Made by a program: the position numbers and the translations under genes. The notes beneath the pieces were generated by a model. The model was not told the origin of the DNA, ran no database searches, and was given only the letters and a program-made list of their open reading frames with translations. A stretch of DNA of 32,000 nucleotides, from NCBI RefSeq assembly GCF_000025505.1, contig NC_013849.1, positions 1,020,001-1,052,000 on the forward strand, in the 5' to 3' direction. Shown here one piece after another: positions 26,915 through 32,000 of the stretch. How positions within the stretch are numbered: position 1 is the first letter of the stretch; each line of letters begins with the position of its first letter. This DNA is from Ferroglobus placidus DSM 10642 (GTDB lineage: Archaea; Halobacteriota; Archaeoglobi; Archaeoglobales; Archaeoglobaceae).

Positions 26915-27934
26915 TGAAAGCAGCCAAAGTAGGATTGGTTTTGCTGATAGGTTTTGTTAATATCCATAGCAACTGCTGCAAATTTAAACAGCAAGCCTGA
27001 AGGCGCCATTGAAATTGGAAAAACAAACAACAAGAAAGTAGAAACTTTGCTTGGAGAAGTTTTAAAAGACAATAAACTTACACCCGAAGAACTAAAAACA
27101 CTATATGATGCTAGAGCCAAGATACTTGTCGCAGAGAATGAGATGGCAGCAAATCATTTAAAAAAGTTGCATGAAGACTACGATTTAATAGTGCCAGGAT
27201 ATATGGCCTCTGAATTAGATAAATTGATAGCTGAAGAATACGTCAAAAGGCATGGATATCATCCTGAAGAACTGGGAGTTAAACAGATAGAACCTGTAAA
27301 TGAAAAGTTGGACGATATGATAAGAGAAGGGGATGTTAGCATTCAGGGATGTGAATCCCCTGGCAATCCAAACGATCCGCCATATGCAGACTCTAATGGA
27401 GTAATTTATGTCGTTTCGTATCCAGCAAGTGATTCGGCCCATACACCAGCGGATGGAACGAACTGGGATGATATAATGGCAGGAACAGCTCCATTTGAAG
27501 ATGAGTTTGGAGTAGATGTAATTTTAGGTGGTTGTTATAACTGCTGGGATGCCAGTGATGTTGATGACGATGCCTATAACCTAATAAATGATCTTGAAGA
27601 AGATGTAGATCATAAGACAGAGAATACAGTAATTGTTGGGTGGGTGGATGATGCAACTCTTAACGGAATTGGGGTGCTGAGTGGACATTACTCTGTCTGT
27701 GCCGAAGCACCAGTGTGGTGGGTAGGAAAAGTTAATTGGCCCGATGATAGCGTCGTACAGCATGAATTATCGCACAATTTCGATGCGCAGGATCAAGATG
27801 AATCGGGAACAAACTGCACAGGTTAATGCATAATGAATTACTATTGGGCATGGAACTGGGGTGCAGGAACTGACAAATGGTGCTCTTATCATTACAGCAT
27901 TGTGGAAAACGGCGTTTGGGGGGCGAATGGTTAA
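26914..27934 (+). pseudogene. Secreted metzincin-like zinc metalloprotease, disrupted
   Basis: Signal peptide MKAAKVGLVLLIGF frameshifts into (VL)LISIATAANLN; HELSHNFDAQDQD zinc motif is followed by in-frame TAA (27824-27826), then CIMNYYWAWNW (Met-turn-like) to 27934. Confidence 0.75.
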
Positions 27935-27965
27935 CTGTCTCCCTTTTATTTTGGGAGTGATGGGG

Positions 27966-28363
27966 ATGAGAAGGGGTGTAAAAATTCTAATCATCTTGCT
28001 GCCAATTTTTGCGGTCGTAGTGTATTTTGTTATAGTATTTATAAACAGCTTTATTATCTCCCCTCCAGCTAAACCCCTCAGCTTCCATATTCTCAATATA
28101 AGGATAACGCTACACACTACATCGCCATCAAAATCATAAATAGATCTGGGGAAGTAATTTTTGCAGAGGAGTATGAAATAAATCCATCGGAGAAAATAGT
28201 GACCCCAATCATTACTAAGACTAAGGGAAGGTATTTAATTAGAGTGACTATGGACGGAACAATCGTAAAAGAAAACTATGTTTCCGTTGCAAGCGGACAT
28301 GGTGCGTTCAGCATAACTATACTTCCAAAAGAGAGAATTAGCATAGATCAAGCAGTTATATGA
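27966..28363 (+). pseudogene. Frameshifted membrane-anchored protein
   Basis: MRRGVKILIILLPIFAVVVYFVIVFINSFIISPPAKP then a different frame from the CCCC run: QLPYSQYKDNATLHYIAIKIINRSGEVIFAEEYEINPSEKIVTPIITKTKGRYLIRV...DQAVI*. Confidence 0.6.
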
Positions 28364-28747
28364 TTTAACATTTTATGAGGATCCCGTGAGACGGAGCCAC
28401 TGCAGTTTGAGGGATGAAACGATTGACTCTGTATGAATAAAATACGTAAGAATGAAGTGTGAAAGGAAAATGAACCTGATCGCAGTCTCTACGTTTAGTT
28501 TCCTCATCTGTCTCCCAATTCCGGCCTACTGCATTTACTGTACTCACAAGGCGATTAAAAGGTGCACTGGTAATGACTACCGGATTTGTTGTGCAAATAG
28601 CTGCAAATTTGCTGTTTCCAGTTTTTACTGACAGCTTCACTCAGGATACCTTGCTTACTCTCTTTACGGTTTTTACAGCTCGTATTGGTGATGACGTGTA
28701 ATATGCCAGATCGTTTAAGCATATGGAGCTTAGTAATTGTACACCTG

Positions 28748-28825
28748 TATATAAACTTTATGACCATGTTTTGAGAAAATAAAATTAGAAAAATAATTCT
28801 TAAGATATGGTCAGAATCGTTATAT
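28748..28825. promoter_or_regulatory. Palindromic promoter/operator element, copy 5
   Basis: tatataaactttatgaccatgttttgagaaaataaaattagaaaaataattcttaagatatggtcagaatcgttatat. Confidence 0.75.
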
Positions 28826-28906
28826 GTCTGGAACGTGTTAATACTAATTAGGCGGGAGGTGACGACTTGTGAAAGCCGTAAAGTCAAGTAAAATTGAGGT
28901 GAGAGA

Positions 28907-29644
28907 ATGGCAAAAAGAATAAGAAAGCTATGGATTGCAATTTTGCTGGTGTTGATGACCGCAGCGTTCGCCTATGCCAATTACAGCACTCCCCCGGAAG
29001 CGCTTCCACCGCCGCCTGAGCAGCATGATTCCACAACTCCTCCAGTAAAACCCAAACTCGTCTCAACTCCAGACATCCAGCCAGAGAACTTGAGAATCGT
29101 GACAGAAACGGAAAAGGCGAAAGTCGTGGAGATAATAAAAGGCGATGAAAGGATAAAAAAGATGTTAGGCAATGCTAAATGGAAGCTTTTGCACATTAGC
29201 TCATACATATCTACCGATGGCAAGGTTAGAGCAGTCATCGGGCTTGATTCACCAACCTGGGTTGAGACTGAGGTTTACATCAAAAAATTCGATGAAATGG
29301 CACTGGCAAAGCTCTGGACCGAGAGCATAAACGTAAAGGTCAACCTTACCAGTGGAAAAGTTGCGAGCATATATCCAAACCTCGGAAGAGGGGAAGGAGA
29401 TGTATTTACTGATGAGAAAGTGGAGGCGGGCAGAAAAGCGGCTCTGCAATATGCGGCCAACTTTGGCAAAGTCAATAACTCTTACCTGAATGCCGTCTAT
29501 TACATCCCAAACCACTACCCAGAGGGCATAGCGTTTTTCAGAGTTTTTGCTGAAGGTAAAGAGTTCATGGTTGCTGTTGACCTCTCAAGTATGGAGGTTG
29601 TGGAAGAATTCACCGGAGAGGTGAAAGAAATTCAACATGGGTGA
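28907..29644 (+). CDS. Secreted protein with Pro-rich linker, PepSY-like region
   Basis: MAKRIRKLWIAILLVLMTAAFAYA signal peptide; STPPEALPPPPEQHDSTTPPVKPK linker. Confidence 0.65.
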   Translation: MAKRIRKLWIAILLVLMTAAFAYANYSTPPEALPPPPEQHDSTTPPVKPKLVSTPDIQPENLRIVTETEKAKVVEIIKGDERIKKMLGNAKWKLLHISSYISTDGKVRAVIGLDSPTWVETEVYIKKFDEMALAKLWTESINVKVNLTSGKVASIYPNLGRGEGDVFTDEKVEAGRKAALQYAANFGKVNNSYLNAVYYIPNHYPEGIAFFRVFAEGKEFMVAVDLSSMEVVEEFTGEVKEIQHG

Positions 29645-30287
29645 GATCATGAAGAGGGGGATTTACCTGAGCATTTTATTAGTGGTCTCATCTGTGCTCG
29701 TGGTGGATGCTGCCACAACATCTAATTTGGCGATACTGGGAGTATACGAAGATAGATTTGCAAACTACGACCTCGACTCAAAAGAATACTCGCCGAACAA
29801 CGTAGACTGGCCAGTAACAATGGTTTTTTGGAAGAACGCAGATGTAAACAAAGTCAAAAGCATATTCTTTGGTCAGACAATACTTGCGTGGTCCAAATAC
29901 GGCAGGCTTAACGATAGTGACGGATGGATATGGGATGAAGACCGTGGAACTAAGGGTGGTCCTTATAACGTCAACATCAACGGCACAAATTTTACCGTAT
30001 ACTTGCATATGAGGGTCTACGCTCCAAACCCTCCGGACTACATGAACAACAGCGGGTGGGGCAGATACGTTCTGGCTACAACACATTATGATGAATATCC
30101 ATGGGAAGGCTGGAGTGGATACAGCGAACTTGCAGAAAAAGACTTTGCAGATATTGCAGCATCAAAAGGCTACACCGTTGCAAGAGACTGGGCTTATTTT
30201 TACAATTACGAACCTTACGACGATACAAGGAATCCAGACCATATTTGGCTCAACAACGGATATGCCACAGCTGTGATGGTTGAATAA
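29637..30287 (+). CDS. Secreted hypothetical protein
   Basis: MKRGIYLSILLVVSSVLVVDA signal peptide; overlaps the upstream stop. Confidence 0.65.
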   Translation: MGEIMKRGIYLSILLVVSSVLVVDAATTSNLAILGVYEDRFANYDLDSKEYSPNNVDWPVTMVFWKNADVNKVKSIFFGQTILAWSKYGRLNDSDGWIWDEDRGTKGGPYNVNINGTNFTVYLHMRVYAPNPPDYMNNSGWGRYVLATTHYDEYPWEGWSGYSELAEKDFADIAASKGYTVARDWAYFYNYEPYDDTRNPDHIWLNNGYATAVMVE

Positions 30288-30296
30288 TACTGTTAT

Positions 30297-31454
30297 GTGA
30301 AAAGAGGTGATGTGATGAGAAGAGCAGTGGCGGTGTTGCTGGTTCTGGTGATGTTAGGGAGTGTGGTGAGTCCAGCTATGGGTGCAACCACAGCAAAGAT
30401 GAAACCAATTCCAACTACAGAGAGGATGGAGCTACATAAGAACATAAACATCATAAAAATTGACCCAGCTCTTGAAAATGCAACACCCTACTGGATAATC
30501 ATCGCCGCTGGAAGCATGGAAAAAGGAAGAGCTGTAACCTTCAAGTACATAGATAGCAGCACGAGTTTGACGAAAGAAGAGAAAATTGAGCTGAAAAAGT
30601 TCGTTAAAGAACTGTGGAAGAAATATCGTGTGAAAACCATTAAAGACGGCAATATAACCTTGATCACTTTGAACTCAAAAGTAGAGATAAACCTTACACA
30701 AGAGGAGGAGGCTATGCTGGATAAGGTTGTTCAGGCTGTAAACGAGTACTTCAGAACAAAGTATGGTGGAGTCATAGGAATCCTCTGGAATGTTGATACT
30801 CATCAGAGCATAATCTACATCTCATGCAAGAAGTGGGGCGAGAGCGATTACTATTGTGGAGTTGCAAGGGATCATGCCGACGATCCAGACTACTGGACGC
30901 AAGTTCCTCCTCCACCTAGGTATCCTAACTGGCTATGGGATTTCATAATGCAGGTCGTTCATTCATGGACGCATTACTACAATCCAGACTGGGGCATAGG
31001 TTCAGCTCCAAGTGAAACTAAATACTACGCAGATACAGCCAAGAACAAATATTCAAGCGGGTACAAGTATTCTGCTTTCCAGAATCTCGGATATGCAAGC
31101 CACTTCATGACAGATGTCGGAAATCCTTTACACACCGGCTTGGAGAGCTGGCAAGCAGTTTTTAAAGACATTCATTACGCTTACGAGGATTACGTTTCCA
31201 GCAATTGGGAGAGCGGTTACAATTTCAAATCTGTAATCGAGAACAACTGGTACTACTATGCAATCAACGATCCGGAACAGGCAACCAAGGATTTAGCCAG
31301 TTATTCTCATCAGTACGACGATACAATATTCTGGACGATTTATTGGAACCCAGACACTTGGCAGAGCAATTCAAATATAAAAGATGCCACAGAAAACAGC
31401 CTGCTTGAAACAGCAAAGTACACCCTTGGCTTAGTAAAATACGTTAGGGGTTGA
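30297..31454 (+). CDS. Secreted PLC-like (zinc phospholipase C/S1-P1 type) protein (member D)
   Basis: [23 protein letters not shown] signal peptide; [32 protein letters not shown]...HYAYE: full set of zinc-site motifs. Confidence 0.7.
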   Translation: MKRGDVMRRAVAVLLVLVMLGSVVSPAMGATTAKMKPIPTTERMELHKNINIIKIDPALENATPYWIIIAAGSMEKGRAVTFKYIDSSTSLTKEEKIELKKFVKELWKKYRVKTIKDGNITLITLNSKVEINLTQEEEAMLDKVVQAVNEYFRTKYGGVIGILWNVDTHQSIIYISCKKWGESDYYCGVARDHADDPDYWTQVPPPPRYPNWLWDFIMQVVHSWTHYYNPDWGIGSAPSETKYYADTAKNKYSSGYKYSAFQNLGYASHFMTDVGNPLHTGLESWQAVFKDIHYAYEDYVSSNWESGYNFKSVIENNWYYYAINDPEQATKDLASYSHQYDDTIFWTIYWNPDTWQSNSNIKDATENSLLETAKYTLGLVKYVRG

Positions 31455-31455
31455 A

Positions 31456-31809
31456 ATGAGAGCCGAAGATGTACTTTTTATTTTATTTGTTTTTTTAATA
31501 CCGGCAATGATAGCAAGTTACGTCTTCATAAAGATGACCAAGGTCAAAAAAGTTTACTTCCCTGTTTTGCTCATTATTGGCTTTGTAATCACTTTTGTTG
31601 AAGGCTTCATCCTGTTCCTCGTAAATTTCGGAGCTATCCATACAGGTGGTTTTGCTATCCAGCCCGTGCCAGATATAATTATGCAAAATCCAAATCCACT
31701 AATACGTTTCTATGGAACGTTAACCCTTCTGTGTTTTCTGAATGCATCAGTACTGACTGTATTGTATGTAATGGTTGCGAAAATTGGGATTATAAAAGGT
31801 GAGAGGTGA
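31456..31809 (+). CDS. Membrane protein (117 aa)
   Basis: Three to four hydrophobic helices, starts 2 bp after member D stop. Confidence 0.6.
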   Translation: MRAEDVLFILFVFLIPAMIASYVFIKMTKVKKVYFPVLLIIGFVITFVEGFILFLVNFGAIHTGGFAIQPVPDIIMQNPNPLIRFYGTLTLLCFLNASVLTVLYVMVAKIGIIKGER

Positions 31810-31813
31810 TGCT

Positions 31814-32000
31814 GTGAGAAGAGCCATGGCGGTGTTGCTGATTTTAGTGATGCTGGGAAGTGTAGTGACTCCAGTGATGGCTGTAAAAACGTTAGAACCT
31901 CCCGTACATCCACCAAAATTCAAAGTAAAGATACCAGAGCCTTCACAACCTCTAAATGAATCCGAACTTTCGCACATAGTGATCCCCCTTCATTGGCTTT
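31814..32000 (+). CDS. Next array member (member E), truncated by window edge
   Basis: GTG start: [36 protein letters not shown]...; same signal-peptide cassette. Confidence 0.7.
   Translation, partial: MRRAMAVLLILVMLGSVVTPVMAVKTLEPPVHPPKFKVKIPEPSQPLNESELSHIVIPLHWL

Noticed and set aside
28365-28640. 91-aa minus-strand ORF
   Set aside because: No signal, RBS or recognisable domain; the plus-strand Cys-rich ORF is at least as plausible.
19381-28830. Possibility that the dispersed 80 bp elements are a CRISPR or tandem repeat array
   Set aside because: Copies are kilobases apart, palindromic and tied to gene starts; no regular spacers.

Overview
Archaeal (Archaeoglobales-like, probably Ferroglobus-like, inferred from gene content) window in three parts. 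(1) ~1-11.2 kb: TIP49/Rvb-like ATPase C-terminus, GNAT acetyltransferase, ferredoxin, DMT transporter, an HTH regulator and a long co-directional anaerobic aromatic-degradation operon: benzoyl-CoA reductase subunits, an Fe-S protein with a degenerate GIY-YIG-like tail, a thiolase/DUF35 pair and an LLM-class (F420-type) oxidoreductase. (2) ~11.25-15.43 kb: a ~4.18 kb element bounded by imperfect terminal inverted repeats and a 5-bp direct repeat (ACTAT). It interrupts the 3' end of an octaheme HAO-like cytochrome gene; removing it in silico regenerates a plausible C-terminal anchor (..ALAIVSAVILRKRKI*). It carries unknown genes, a gene split at an (AT)6 tract, a DDE transposase and a tRNA-Arg-like gene. 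(3) ~18.3-32 kb: a two-HTH membrane-linked regulator beside a lineage-specific array of secreted proteins and membrane partners. Members share near-identical signal-peptide-coding 5' ends. Five intergenic copies of an ~80 bp imperfect palindrome (TATATAA-N5-TGACCAT ... ATGGTCA-N5-TTATATA) lie upstream of array members or their remnants. The array contains two PLC-like zinc-site proteins and a metzincin-like protease with multiple lesions. All family calls are from recognition of sequence motifs; no searches were run.
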